Notes: a model not told the origin generated them from the letters alone. 64,000 bases of DNA from Rhodospirillales bacterium (GCA_003354135.1 PIVK01000009.1:8766-72765); one strand, 5' to 3'; shown: positions 21,431-31,646, numbered from the stretch's first letter. Translations and numbers: made by a program.

Positions 21431-21673
21431 GGATCGTCCGCGTGGTATATGCGCGTCCTCACCGCGAGCGGTGACACCACCGCCCGCATCTGGGACGCGG
21501 AAACGGGCGATCCTTTGTTCTCCATGGCCGGTCTTCCCGATTCCTGGGCGGTACTGGACGCCAACCTGAACGTCCGGCGCATGGGCCCCAACGCCTGGAA
21601 GTACGTCTACAGCCTTTTCCGGGATGGGGACGGGCGGCTTCGGGTCGGTTCCGGGGATGCGGGGGGGCGGTAA
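21431..21673 (+). pseudogene. 3' remnant of a WD40-repeat protein gene
   Basis: The frame opens immediately after the permease stop codon and reads '...RVLTASGDTTARIWDAETG...'. That is a canonical WD40 blade ending entered mid-repeat, followed by a ~55-aa tail. No plausible N-terminus or Shine-Dalgarno sequence. Confidence 0.45.
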
Positions 21674-21693
21674 CAGAACGGGCGAAGTTCCGC

Positions 21694-22095
21694 CTAGCTC
21701 CGCTGTATCAGCTCGATCTTGTAGCCGTCGGGGTCCTCGACGAAGGCGATGACGCTGCCGCCGTGTTTCATGGGGCCTGCGGGACGGGGAATTTTCACCC
21801 CCTCCTTTTCCAGGGCCTCGCAGACCGCATAGGGATCCGGAACCGCCAGGGCCAGGTGGCCGAAGCCCTCCCCTTTCCCATAATCCTCCTCGCGGCCCCA
21901 GTTGTGGGTCAGCTCGATCACGGCGTCCGTTTCCTCCGACCCGTAGCCGACAAAGGCCAGCGTGAATTCGCCGCCCGGGAAATCCTTCTTTCGCAACAGT
22001 CTCATGCCCAGGAGGCGCGTGTAGAAGTCGAGGGAGCGATCCAAGTCCCGGACCCGGATCATGGTGTGGAGAAGGCGGAATTTCGAGGCGTCCAT
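21694..22095 (-). CDS. gloA: Lactoylglutathione lyase (glyoxalase I)
   Basis: 133 aa VOC fold: 'RLLHTMIRVRDLDRSLDFYT..LGM', 'ELTHNWG', 'GFGHLALAV', 'IAFVEDPDGYKIELIQ'. ATG 22095 sits just after the lpxB stop. Confidence 0.9.
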   Translation of the reverse strand: MDASKFRLLHTMIRVRDLDRSLDFYTRLLGMRLLRKKDFPGGEFTLAFVGYGSEETDAVIELTHNWGREEDYGKGEGFGHLALAVPDPYAVCEALEKEGVKIPRPAGPMKHGGSVIAFVEDPDGYKIELIQRS

Positions 22096-22096
22096 G

Positions 22097-23263
22097 TCAA
22101 TTTTCCTTCTGTGTGTCGATGACGTGCAGCACGGTTTCGGCGGCCCGCATGCCCGGTGACGGTCCCCCGCAGCCCAGCAACTCCAGGGCCTCGGCGGCGT
22201 CGGTCTTCTGCAGGTTTCGGGCGGTCTTGTCTTCAAGTAAAGTATGAATTGATGCGGCCAAACGCTCAGGAGTACACGAACTTTGCAGAAGCTCCGGCAC
22301 AGAATTCCGACCGAGCAGGATGTTGACCAGGGTCACCGAACGCACCTTCAAGAGTTGCTTCGCCAGCCAGGCGCTGACGGGGTTGAGTTTGTAGGCGATG
22401 ACGGTGGGCAATCGGGCCAGTGCGAGTTCGAGCGACACGGTTCCCGAGGCGGCGAGCGCGGCGTGGCCGGCGGCGAAAGCGTCGAACTTGGCCTTCTTTC
22501 CCTCGACGGCGATGGCAGGGGCCGGCCAGTGGGCGATCGCCGCGCGGACGTCGTAAGCCACGGCCGGTACCGTCGGAACCACGACTCTGAGGTTCGGGTG
22601 ACGGGTACGGATCAGCCCGATTGCGTCGCGGAACACCGGCAGCAGGCGCCGGACCTCGCTCATGCGGCTCCCGGGCAGCACGCAGAGAACTTCGTCGCTG
22701 TCGACGATGCCCCACTCGTCGCGGAATCGCTGCGCGTCCCCTGTTTCCGCGCCGCATTCCACTACCGGATGGCCGACGAAGGTGGTGGGAAGGCCCTCGG
22801 CCTCGAAATAGGGTGGCTCGAAGGGCAGAAGGGTCATCAGGTGGTCGACCAGACGGGCGACTTTTCCGGCCCGGCCGGGGCGCCACGCCCAGACACTGGG
22901 CGCGACCCAGTGGATGATGGGAACCGGGGAGTCCCGGAGTCGCTTGGCAACCCGGAAGCAGAAATCCGGTGCATCGATCGTCACCACCGCGTCCGGGGAC
23001 AGGCGTCCGATTTCGGCTGCGGTTTCCTTGATGCGCCCGAGGAGCGCCGGGATGCGGGGCAGGATCTCGACGAGTCCCATGACCGACAGCTCTTCCATGG
23101 GGAAAAGGCTCTTCAGTCCCTCCTCCACCATGGCTCGACCCCCGACACCGGCGAAGCGGACCTCTGGCCGTGCCGTCTTGAGGCTTGCCATCAGACTCGC
23201 GCCCAGCGCGTCACCTGACGGTTCGCCGGCAATGAGGAACACGAGGGGCGCCTTCGCGCTCAC
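22097..23263 (-). CDS. lpxB: Lipid-A-disaccharide synthase
   Basis: 'LIAGEPSGDALGA', 'DAPDF', 'HWVAPSVWAWRPGR' motifs. GTG start. Confidence 0.92.
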   Translation of the reverse strand: MSAKAPLVFLIAGEPSGDALGASLMASLKTARPEVRFAGVGGRAMVEEGLKSLFPMEELSVMGLVEILPRIPALLGRIKETAAEIGRLSPDAVVTIDAPDFCFRVAKRLRDSPVPIIHWVAPSVWAWRPGRAGKVARLVDHLMTLLPFEPPYFEAEGLPTTFVGHPVVECGAETGDAQRFRDEWGIVDSDEVLCVLPGSRMSEVRRLLPVFRDAIGLIRTRHPNLRVVVPTVPAVAYDVRAAIAHWPAPAIAVEGKKAKFDAFAAGHAALAASGTVSLELALARLPTVIAYKLNPVSAWLAKQLLKVRSVTLVNILLGRNSVPELLQSSCTPERLAASIHTLLEDKTARNLQKTDAAEALELLGCGGPSPGMRAAETVLHVIDTQKEN

Positions 23264-23266
23264 CCC

Positions 23267-24103
23267 TTAAGAACTCCCGTCGGGAGGAACGCTCACCCCG
23301 ACAACGAACAGTCCTGCGGTATCGGCGAGCTCGATGGTGGCCTGTTTGTCGATCACGAGGGCGCCACCGGCCTCGATGGCAATCCCTCTCAGTCCCGCTT
23401 CCGCGGCCCGCCTTACCGTTCTCGGGCCGATGGCCGGTAGGTCGGCACGGCGTTCCTGATCCGGTTTCTTGACCTTGACGAGGACGCCGCCCGGCCCGTC
23501 GCGTTTCAGGTCCGCAACGCGGGCCAGCATGGCGTCCGTGCCTTCGGCGGCCTCGACGGCAAGCACGATGCCTTCCTGAACCACCGCCCCCTGTCCGATG
23601 TCGAGCCCCCCGATGTCGGAGGCGACTTCTATTCCCCGGCGAATGTCGCCGAGAGCCTGCGCGTCCGGCGCATGGCTGCCGAGAACCCCCTCGGTCGCCA
23701 GGGAGTCCGGCAGGATGTCGTCGGCGCCCAGTACATGGAAACCCTCCTTTTCCTCCAACTCACGCACCAGGGCCTTCAAAAGGCCGTCGTCCCCCAGAAA
23801 GGCGGCCCCCGATCGTGCCAGGAACTTGGCCGCCCACATATCGGGCCGCAGTGCCGTGACGGATGGCCGCCGGATATGTCCAGCCATGACGATATCCTGG
23901 CAGCCTGTCTCGCGCAGATGCTCCAGGGTTTTTTCGGCCGCTCCCAGGCGCACCCAGGCGTGGGGGACGTTTCGAACGGTCTTGGCTTCAGCCTGGCCTT
24001 CGAAGGCGATGACGAAGACATCGCGACCCGCTTGGCGGCAGGTTTCGACGAGGCGGACCGGAAGATTTCCTCCGCCGGCCAGGATTCCAAGTTTACGCGG
24101 CAT
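23267..24103 (-). CDS. lpxI: UDP-2,3-diacylglucosamine pyrophosphatase LpxI (DUF1009)
   Basis: 278 aa, 'LGILAGGGNLP...', lying between lpxA and lpxB as described for Caulobacter crescentus LpxI. Confidence 0.85.
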   Translation of the reverse strand: MPRKLGILAGGGNLPVRLVETCRQAGRDVFVIAFEGQAEAKTVRNVPHAWVRLGAAEKTLEHLRETGCQDIVMAGHIRRPSVTALRPDMWAAKFLARSGAAFLGDDGLLKALVRELEEKEGFHVLGADDILPDSLATEGVLGSHAPDAQALGDIRRGIEVASDIGGLDIGQGAVVQEGIVLAVEAAEGTDAMLARVADLKRDGPGGVLVKVKKPDQERRADLPAIGPRTVRRAAEAGLRGIAIEAGGALVIDKQATIELADTAGLFVVGVSVPPDGSS

Positions 24104-24896
24104 CGTCCATGCGCGTGGGCTGGCATATGGCGCGCGACGCGTCGGTGCGAATGAAGTTGACGATCTCCATCACCGGCTCGTGGTCGCTGAACAATTCGGC
24201 GACGTCTACCAACCGCTCGGCCAACGTTCCCTCCTCCGCGAAGATCAGACGATAGGCACGGCGCAGATCATGGATCTGTTCACGCGAGAAATTGCGGCGC
24301 TTGAGCCCAACGATGTTCAGGCTTTGCAGCTTCGCCCGGTTGCCGGTCACCGATCCATAGGGGATGACGTCGCTCTCGACGCCCGACATGCCGCCGACCA
24401 TGGCATGGCGGCCAATCCGCACGAACTGATGCACGGCGGACAGGCCACCGATGATGGCCCAATCCTCGATCTCGACATGTCCGCCCAGGGTTGCATTGTT
24501 AACCATTATCACGTGGTCGTTGATCCGGCAGTCGTGTGCGATGTGCGCGCCAACCATGAACAGACAGTTGTTGCCGACCTGGGTCAGCATGCCGCCGCCC
24601 TCGGTTCCCGGATTCATGGTCACGTGTTCGCGAATGACGTTGTTGGCGCCGATAACCAGTTCGGATGGTTCACCCTTATACTTGAGGTCTTGGGGCGGCG
24701 TGCCCAAGGAGGCGAAAGGAAACACCTGTGTGTTGGGCCCGATGCGGGTACGCCCCCGCACCACCACATGGGCTTCCAGGGTGACGCCGTTTTCCAACGC
24801 AACATCAGGTCCGACGATGCAATATGGGCCGATGTTGACCTCATCGCCGATCTCGGCTGCCGTATCCACAACGGCGGTGGGGTGGATTTCCGTCAT
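24093..24896 (-). CDS. lpxA: Acyl-ACP--UDP-N-acetylglucosamine O-acyltransferase
   Basis: Left-handed beta-helix hexapeptide repeats. 'MTEIHPTAVVDTAAEIG' parallels the E. coli LpxA N-terminus. ATG 24896; the track TTG at 24914 overlaps fabZ. Confidence 0.92.
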   Translation of the reverse strand: MTEIHPTAVVDTAAEIGDEVNIGPYCIVGPDVALENGVTLEAHVVVRGRTRIGPNTQVFPFASLGTPPQDLKYKGEPSELVIGANNVIREHVTMNPGTEGGGMLTQVGNNCLFMVGAHIAHDCRINDHVIMVNNATLGGHVEIEDWAIIGGLSAVHQFVRIGRHAMVGGMSGVESDVIPYGSVTGNRAKLQSLNIVGLKRRNFSREQIHDLRRAYRLIFAEEGTLAERLVDVAELFSDHEPVMEIVNFIRTDASRAICQPTRMDDAA

Positions 24897-24900
24897 TGCG

Positions 24901-25362
24901 TCAGCCCTCGTCAACGATCATGGCTGTATAGACGGCTTCGGCTCTCAGAACACCGTCCACCTTGGCTTCTCCCTTAAACTTCCAAACATTTCCACGATGT
25001 TGTTGTCGTGTGACATGGATTCTGAGGGTGTCTCCGGGAATGACGGGCTTGCGGAAACGGGCATTTTCGATGGACATGAAATAAACCAGCTTGCCTTCCG
25101 CGTCCGGGCCCATGGTGTCCACCACCAGGGTTCCTGCGGTCTGGGCCATGGCCTCGATGATCAGCACACCCGGCATAATCGGCTGATCGGGGAAATGTCC
25201 CTGGAAGAAGTGGTCGCCGATGGTGACGTTCTTGACTCCCACCGCGCTTTTCCCCGGCACGATTTCGACCAGTCGGTCGATAAGCAGGAAGGGATAACGG
25301 TGCGGGATCATTTCCATGATCCGACCGATGTCGATCACCCTATCGTCGTCCTGACTGCCCAT
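24901..25362 (-). CDS. fabZ: 3-hydroxyacyl-ACP dehydratase
   Basis: 'IPHRYPFLLIDR', 'FFQGHFPDQPIMPGVLIIEAMAQ' hot-dog fold signature. Confidence 0.95.
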   Translation of the reverse strand: MGSQDDDRVIDIGRIMEMIPHRYPFLLIDRLVEIVPGKSAVGVKNVTIGDHFFQGHFPDQPIMPGVLIIEAMAQTAGTLVVDTMGPDAEGKLVYFMSIENARFRKPVIPGDTLRIHVTRQQHRGNVWKFKGEAKVDGVLRAEAVYTAMIVDEG

Positions 25363-25365
25363 GGT

Positions 25366-26388
25366 TCACTTGCCCTTCTTCTTGACCATACGTTCCATCA
25401 AGGCGACGCCCTTAAGCCACTCGCGCATGGGAACGGCCGGTGAGCCGCCGACGGTTTCCCCAGGGGGCACGTCGCGCATAACACCCGCCTGGGCACCGAT
25501 GCGGGCACCGCTGCCGATCTTGAGGTGCCCCGTGAGGCCGGCTTGACCACCCATCATCACCATATCGCCGGTCGCGGTGCTGCCGGATATCCCAACCTGG
25601 GAAACGATGACGCAGGTGCGTCCCAGGCGCACGTTGTGGCCGATTTGCACCAGATTGTCGATCTTGGTGCCGGCACCGATCACTGTATCCGGTCCGGTTC
25701 CGCGATCAATGGTGCAGTTGGCGCCGATTTCGACTTCGTCCTCGATCAGCACGCGCCCGAGTTGGGGGACCTTGGTATGTCCATCGGCCCCTAGCGCAAA
25801 TCCGAATCCGTCTTGGCCGATGCTGGTTCCGGCGTGGATGATGATGCGATCTCCCAAGATGGCGCACGCGAGGCAGACCCGGGGGCCGATGGTGCAGTCC
25901 TTGCCAAGCTTGACGCCGGGTCCCAGAACGGCATTGGCCCCAATGTGGCAGCGCGACCCCACCTCCGCTGCGGGGCCTATAACGGCGCCGGCATCAATCC
26001 GACACCCGTCATCTATCCGTGCCGTCGGATCGATGGCCGCCTGAGGGTGAACGCCGGCCTTCGGAACCGGTACGGGATAGAAGGTCTGGGCAACTTTGGC
26101 ATAGCCGTGATAGGGCTCGGGTGTAAGCAACAGCGCCATGCCACCGGGGGCTTTGGGGGCCAAATCGGGATGGACCAAGCAGGCGCCGGCCCGGCTTTCC
26201 TCGAATTCGCCTACATAACGGCGGTTGTCCAGGAACGCGACGTCTCCTGAAGTCGCGGTATTCAGAGGCGCGACGTCGCTGAAGGTTGCTTGGGGGTCGC
26301 AGCCATCGCCGATTTCCGCTCCGGCAATTTCGGCTAGATCCCGGAGCGAAAACGGCCCGGCGACGGAGAAGAAGCGAGGGTCTGCCAT
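25366..26388 (-). CDS. lpxD: UDP-3-O-acylglucosamine N-acyltransferase
   Basis: 340 aa. N-terminal uridine-binding region, then hexapeptide repeats ('IGANAVLGPGVKLG', 'QIGHNVRLG'). Confidence 0.92.
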   Translation of the reverse strand: MADPRFFSVAGPFSLRDLAEIAGAEIGDGCDPQATFSDVAPLNTATSGDVAFLDNRRYVGEFEESRAGACLVHPDLAPKAPGGMALLLTPEPYHGYAKVAQTFYPVPVPKAGVHPQAAIDPTARIDDGCRIDAGAVIGPAAEVGSRCHIGANAVLGPGVKLGKDCTIGPRVCLACAILGDRIIIHAGTSIGQDGFGFALGADGHTKVPQLGRVLIEDEVEIGANCTIDRGTGPDTVIGAGTKIDNLVQIGHNVRLGRTCVIVSQVGISGSTATGDMVMMGGQAGLTGHLKIGSGARIGAQAGVMRDVPPGETVGGSPAVPMREWLKGVALMERMVKKKGK

Positions 26389-26394
26389 TACCCC

Positions 26395-26973
26395 CTACTC
26401 TGAGCCTTTGTCGAACGCAAACTTTACGGCCGGAAGCTTTTCGTCGAGGTGTTTCAACGCCACCGGCGTGATATCCAACGAGTTGTGATGGAAGACAACC
26501 TGCTTGGAGTTGACAATGAGCGTCAACTTATGTTCCTGCGCGATGTCGACAACGATCTGTTGGAGAGCGGCCTGAACTTTCTTCATCGCTGCGTTTTGTG
26601 CCTTCTCCAGGCTGTGCGACCGCTCTTGAACCTTCCGCTGCACCTCCATCAGGCGTTCCTCGAATTTACGCCGTTCCTCGGTGAAGGCTTCCGGCGAAAG
26701 GAGTGAACGTTTGCGAGCTAGTTCCTGGTTCGCGGTGTGGAGTTCTTCCTCTTCCTTCTGAATGGTCTTTTGGAAATCTGTGCGGAAGGTCTTGTGCTGT
26801 TCGCGGATATTCTTGGCGACTTTTGCCAGGCGCATAATCTTGTCGATGTTGATAATTGCAACCTTGACCATAACGCCATCGGTTAAAGCCTTTTTCTCCT
26901 CGGCAGCGACAGGCGGGGCTGTCACAAGAAGGGCCAGGAAGACCGTTAGGACGGAAATCGTTAAGCGTTTCAA
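26395..26973 (-). CDS. skp: OmpH/Skp-family periplasmic chaperone
   Basis: Signal peptide 'MKRLTISVLTVFLALLVTAPPVAA', then a coiled-coil K/E/Q-rich body. Sits between bamA and lpxD. TTG start with AGGAGA 6 nt upstream. Confidence 0.8.
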   Translation of the reverse strand: MKRLTISVLTVFLALLVTAPPVAAEEKKALTDGVMVKVAIINIDKIMRLAKVAKNIREQHKTFRTDFQKTIQKEEEELHTANQELARKRSLLSPEAFTEERRKFEERLMEVQRKVQERSHSLEKAQNAAMKKVQAALQQIVVDIAQEHKLTLIVNSKQVVFHHNSLDITPVALKHLDEKLPAVKFAFDKGSE

Positions 26974-26982
26974 GGTTATCTC

Positions 26983-29256
26983 CTAGAACCGTGTGCCGAA
27001 GTTAAGACGGAAATTCTCCGTCTCGTCGAAATCTTCCTTGAGGATGGGAATGGCGAAATCCAGCCCGATCGGGCCCATAGGTGAATTCCATGTGACTCCC
27101 GTTCCCACCGACGCCCGGAGGCTTCCGGTGTCCTTGACCATCGATCCCGAGGGATGCAGCGTTCCGACACTGCCGAAGTCGGCGAACATGCGTCCGCTGA
27201 CGCCAAGTTCATCGGGAAGTCCGAGCGGAAACTTGACCTGGGTAGAGGCCGTATACATCCATTCGCCTCCCAAAGAGTCGTCGGTCCCCGTGTCCCGCGG
27301 ACCAATTCCAGAGTCGGCAAAGCCGCGCAGGTCATTCCCACCTACGAAGAACCGGTCAGTGATACTGATGTCTTGGCCGATTCCGAAGATATGGCCAACG
27401 GAAGCTGACAGTTCCAAAGTCCATTTGTCTTCAAAGAAACTGAAATACTGGCTTCCCGACAGTTGGTTGCGCATGAACCGGTTCGTGCCGCCGATTCCGG
27501 CCACATCGTTCTTTAGTTTGAGGTAATGACCCTCAATGGGCTTCATGCGATTGTCCCGCGTGTCATGGCTCAACGCGTGTGTGACCAGGGACAGGGACGA
27601 GGTTCCTTCCTGTGCTTTGACGTAGATGGACGCCGAGTCGTCGACATTGGTTACCTTGGTTTTCTGGAAGCTATACTTCCAACTCTGACGAATATCTTCC
27701 GTGATGGGGTAGCCGACACGGAGCGCGCCGCCGGTCCTCTTTCTGTCATAGGAACTCGTATCCTGCAGATCCTGTTCCGCGTGGAAGATGTCGAACCCGC
27801 CGCTCAAGTCCCTGTTCAAAAAGAAGGGATCCGTGAAGCTGATATCGACTTGGCTCTTCTTAGCGGCGATCAGGGTGTTCAGTTTCAGATCGTACCCCTT
27901 GCCGAGCAGGTTCTGCTCCCGAATGCCGATGTCGCCCAAGATGCCATTCTCGGTCGAGAAGCCAAAGCCCAGAGAGAGTGATCCGGTGGATTTTTCCTCT
28001 ACATCGACGACGATGACCGTTTTATCCGGTGCGCTGCCTGGAAGGCGATCCACGTCGACCGTTTCGAAATAGTTGAGATTCTGGATACGCTGACGCGAAC
28101 GGCGGAGCTTGGACGTGTTGAAGGCGTCACCTTCGACAAGCTTGAAATGACGCCGGATGACGCTATCGGCGGTGCGAATGTTACCCGTAATGTCTATGCG
28201 TTCGACGAAGACCCGCGGCCCCTCGTTCACTTCGTATACAACATCGATTGTCTGTTGCTCGCGGTTGCGGGTGATCCGTGGCCGGATATCGACAAAGGAA
28301 TGACCCATTCCGCCGGCCAGATTGGTCAGATCATCAAGGGTGCCTTCAATTTCCTTGAAATTGTACCAGTTCCCCTCTTCTATCCCGATCTCGTCCAATA
28401 GATCTTGCTGTTCCAGGCCTTTCAGCATGACCTCCACGCCGACTTTCCCCATCTTGTAGCGAGGCCCTTCTTCGACGGTGAACGTGATGAAGAAATCGTG
28501 GCGATCCGGCGTCAACTCGGCCAAACCCGAGACGACCCGGAAATCAGCGAACCCCTTCTTCAGGTAGAAGCGCCGCAGAAGTTCGCGGTCCAACGTGAGA
28601 CGATCCGGATCATATGTGTCGTCCGCACTCAGGAACTGATACCAGCGCGTTTCCTTGGTGCGGATTTCGTCGCGCAGTCTGGAATCGCTGAATTTGGCGT
28701 TCCCGATAAATCGGATGTTGCGGACCGCGGTGGGGTTTCCTTCGCTGATCTCGAACACCAGATCGACTCGATTTTGAGGGAGCTGGATGATCTTCGGATC
28801 GACTGTTGCTGCGAAACGACCACTGCGCCGGTAAAGCATCAGAACACGTTTCACGTCCTGCTGTACCTTGGTGCGGGTGTAAATCACACGTGGGCGGAGC
28901 GTAACCTCGGATTCCAATTCCTCGTCTTCGAGCTTCCGATTGCCCTCGAAGGCGATACGGTTGATGACGGGGTTTTCGACGACACTGACGACAAGGACGT
29001 TATTTTCGCGGCGCAAGGTCACGTCGGCGAAAAGTCCGGTTGCAAACAGGCTCTTTAGGGAACGGTCGATACGTGTAGGATTGAAGGGGTCTCCTGGCTG
29101 AACCAGCAGATACGAGCGTATGGTGTCCGGTTCGATCCGCTGAGCGCCTTCAACGACGATATCGCGTACGTTTCCATCGCTTTGAGCCGCAACGGACCCA
29201 GCGCCTGGAACAGCCAGCCATAGGCTTGCCAGAATAATGAAAAACCAGTGCTGCAA
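26983..29256 (-). CDS. bamA: Outer membrane protein assembly factor BamA
   Basis: 757 aa. Signal peptide, POTRA repeats ('IVVEGAQRIEPDTIRSYL', 'IRFIGNAKFS', 'IDITGNIRT') and a C-terminal beta-barrel ending '...RLNFGTRF'. Confidence 0.93.
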   Translation of the reverse strand: MQHWFFIILASLWLAVPGAGSVAAQSDGNVRDIVVEGAQRIEPDTIRSYLLVQPGDPFNPTRIDRSLKSLFATGLFADVTLRRENNVLVVSVVENPVINRIAFEGNRKLEDEELESEVTLRPRVIYTRTKVQQDVKRVLMLYRRSGRFAATVDPKIIQLPQNRVDLVFEISEGNPTAVRNIRFIGNAKFSDSRLRDEIRTKETRWYQFLSADDTYDPDRLTLDRELLRRFYLKKGFADFRVVSGLAELTPDRHDFFITFTVEEGPRYKMGKVGVEVMLKGLEQQDLLDEIGIEEGNWYNFKEIEGTLDDLTNLAGGMGHSFVDIRPRITRNREQQTIDVVYEVNEGPRVFVERIDITGNIRTADSVIRRHFKLVEGDAFNTSKLRRSRQRIQNLNYFETVDVDRLPGSAPDKTVIVVDVEEKSTGSLSLGFGFSTENGILGDIGIREQNLLGKGYDLKLNTLIAAKKSQVDISFTDPFFLNRDLSGGFDIFHAEQDLQDTSSYDRKRTGGALRVGYPITEDIRQSWKYSFQKTKVTNVDDSASIYVKAQEGTSSLSLVTHALSHDTRDNRMKPIEGHYLKLKNDVAGIGGTNRFMRNQLSGSQYFSFFEDKWTLELSASVGHIFGIGQDISITDRFFVGGNDLRGFADSGIGPRDTGTDDSLGGEWMYTASTQVKFPLGLPDELGVSGRMFADFGSVGTLHPSGSMVKDTGSLRASVGTGVTWNSPMGPIGLDFAIPILKEDFDETENFRLNFGTRF

Positions 29257-29290
29257 GTTTTACCCCCGGGGTTCCCTGAATTTACGTGTT

Positions 29291-30412
29291 TTACGTGGCT
29301 AGCTGCTTAAGAAACTCGAAGACTTTCAAGTTCACCAAGTCATTCCACGTCGCGAAAATCATTAGGAGCAATACCAGAATCAGGCCGAAACGGAAACCGT
29401 ATTCTTGATATCTGGCGTCCAGGGGGCGTCCCCTGAGCGCTTCGGCGGCATAGAACATAAGGTGTCCACCGTCAAGCACGGGGATGGGGAACAGATTGAT
29501 CAGCCCGAGGTTGACCGACAGAGCCGCCATGAAAAAGACCAAACTGATGATTCCTCCCGCGGCAGCTTCCCCCGAAACCTGGGCGATCCGCAAGGGGCCG
29601 CCAAGTTCGTCGGCGTCCATCTCTCCCGTGATGATCTGGCCGACGGCCGAAAGAATGCGGACCGTCATGGCAACGGAACGTTCGGTCGCCATCCAGGTGG
29701 CGGTTAGGGGGTTCTGCCGTTCATAGCCCAGTTGGGCAACGTCCGGTTTTATGCCCAGAAGGCCGATTTCCTTCGCTTCCCCTCCCCGCATAACCCGTTT
29801 GGGAGTTGCCGAGAGCGTCGCTTCCGTGTTGCCGCGCAAAACAATGAAACTGAGAGGGACATCGGCTTTTCCGGAAACAATGCGTCTGAGATCGTCGAAA
29901 AGCGCAATGGGTTCCCCGTCGATGCTGAGGATCAGATCTCCCTTCTCGAAGCCGGCTTCCTCAGCGGCGCTTCCTTCTTGGATGGAGCCTACGGCGGACA
30001 GGTACGCCGGGACACCGGCAGTGCTGAAGAGGACGGCAAGAACCGCGATGGCGAATAGGAAATTGGCAATCGGTCCCGCAACGGCGATCGCCGCACGTTG
30101 ACCAACCCGTTTATGATGGTACGAGACCTCCTTCTGCTCCTCCGTCATGGGCGCCTGACCGTCTTCCAGTTCGTCGTCGAAATCATATTCGCCGAACATC
30201 TTCACGTAACCGCCTAGTGGGACGGCGCTGAATTTCCAGCGGGTTCCCGTCTTGTCTGTCCAGCCGAAGATTTCGGGTCCGAATCCGATGGAAAACACTT
30301 CCACCTTGACGCCATAGCGCCGTGCCACGAGGAAATGCCCCAGCTCATGGACGAACACCAGAGGCGTTAGAATGATGAGGAACGGGACAACGTAATCCCA
30401 GATGAGTTCCAT
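29291..30412 (-). CDS. rseP: RIP site-2 zinc metalloprotease RseP
   Basis: 'VHELGHFLVARR' HExxH motif, central PDZ domain, C-terminal 'NLFPIPVLDGGH'. Confidence 0.92.
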   Translation of the reverse strand: MELIWDYVVPFLIILTPLVFVHELGHFLVARRYGVKVEVFSIGFGPEIFGWTDKTGTRWKFSAVPLGGYVKMFGEYDFDDELEDGQAPMTEEQKEVSYHHKRVGQRAAIAVAGPIANFLFAIAVLAVLFSTAGVPAYLSAVGSIQEGSAAEEAGFEKGDLILSIDGEPIALFDDLRRIVSGKADVPLSFIVLRGNTEATLSATPKRVMRGGEAKEIGLLGIKPDVAQLGYERQNPLTATWMATERSVAMTVRILSAVGQIITGEMDADELGGPLRIAQVSGEAAAGGIISLVFFMAALSVNLGLINLFPIPVLDGGHLMFYAAEALRGRPLDARYQEYGFRFGLILVLLLMIFATWNDLVNLKVFEFLKQLAT

Positions 30413-30449
30413 TTTTTATCTTAGTCCTTTTCTGTTTCTTCCCCTGGGG

Positions 30450-31646
30450 TTACGTACGGTATTTCGTAACCAGGGACTGAGCTAGGCGGCGCGCTTCCGC
30501 GTCGGTCGCGAATACGTCCTCGAGCGAGGCCGGAACCGCAGTGGGGGATGCCGCTAGGGTGTCCTCGACCAAGTGTGCGATGTCGAGAAAACCGATTTGA
30601 TGATCGAGGAATCCGGCAACGGCCTCTTCGTTCGCTGCATTTAATATGATGGGGGCGGTGCCGCCGGCTTGCAAGGCCTCGCGGGCCAACCGCAGGGCCG
30701 GGAAGCGCGTCAAGTCCGGGGCTTCGAAAGTGAGTGTGCTGATCTCGATCAAATCGAGGCGGGGTGCCGGGGTCTCCATACGCCGGGGCCAGGCCAGGGC
30801 GTAGGCAATGGGGGTCCGCATGTCGGGTGTTCCCATCTGCGCCAGGACCGACCCGTCTACGTAGTCGACCATGCTGTGGATCACCGATTGGGGGTGGACA
30901 AGGATTTCGATCTGCTCTTCCCCGACCGGGAATAGATGAAAAGCCTCAATGAGTTCAAGACCCTTGTTCATCATGGTCGCGGAATCGACCGAGATCTTGG
31001 CCCCCATGTCCCAATTGGGGTGGGCGACTGCCTGTTCCGGGGTCACCGTCTTCATGGATTCGATTGCGTGTTCGCGGAATGGTCCGCCGGAAGCGGTGAG
31101 GATGATGCGGGCGACTCGGTCCGCTTGCTCGAAATCCAGAACCTGGAAGATGGCGCTGTGCTCTGAATCCACGGGCAGCAGTGTGGCCCCATAGCGCTGG
31201 ATCTCCTTCATCATGAGATCGCCGGCCGAGACCAGGACTTCCTTGTTGGCCAGCCCGACGATGGCACCACGACGCACCGCAGCCAATGTCGGTGCGAGGC
31301 CGGCCACGCCGACGATGGAGGCCATCACCCAGTCTGCGGGGCGAGCCGCGGCTTCCTCGACCGCTTTCGAGCCCGCGGCAGATTCGATTCCGGTGCCGGA
31401 GAGAGCCTCCTTCAGGGCGCCGTAGCTGTCTTCATTGGCAACCACAGCCAGGCGGGCACCTAGTTTCCGGGCTTGTTCCGCCAGCAGCGGAACGTTGTTG
31501 TTGGCGGTCAGCGCCTCGACTGTGTAGGCACGCGGGTTGCGTTCCAGCAGGTCGACGGTGCTGGTTCCGATGGACCCTGTAGACCCAAGGATGGCGACGC
31601 TGCGCGGGGCCTCGCCGGGACTCGGGTTCGTTCCTCTCACAGCCAT
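30450..31646 (-). CDS. dxr: 1-deoxy-D-xylulose 5-phosphate reductoisomerase
   Basis: 'VAILGSTGSIGTST' NADPH site, 'LLPVDSEHSAIFQ', 'NKGLELIEA' motifs. Confidence 0.95.
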   Translation of the reverse strand: MAVRGTNPSPGEAPRSVAILGSTGSIGTSTVDLLERNPRAYTVEALTANNNVPLLAEQARKLGARLAVVANEDSYGALKEALSGTGIESAAGSKAVEEAAARPADWVMASIVGVAGLAPTLAAVRRGAIVGLANKEVLVSAGDLMMKEIQRYGATLLPVDSEHSAIFQVLDFEQADRVARIILTASGGPFREHAIESMKTVTPEQAVAHPNWDMGAKISVDSATMMNKGLELIEAFHLFPVGEEQIEILVHPQSVIHSMVDYVDGSVLAQMGTPDMRTPIAYALAWPRRMETPAPRLDLIEISTLTFEAPDLTRFPALRLAREALQAGGTAPIILNAANEEAVAGFLDHQIGFLDIAHLVEDTLAASPTAVPASLEDVFATDAEARRLAQSLVTKYRT

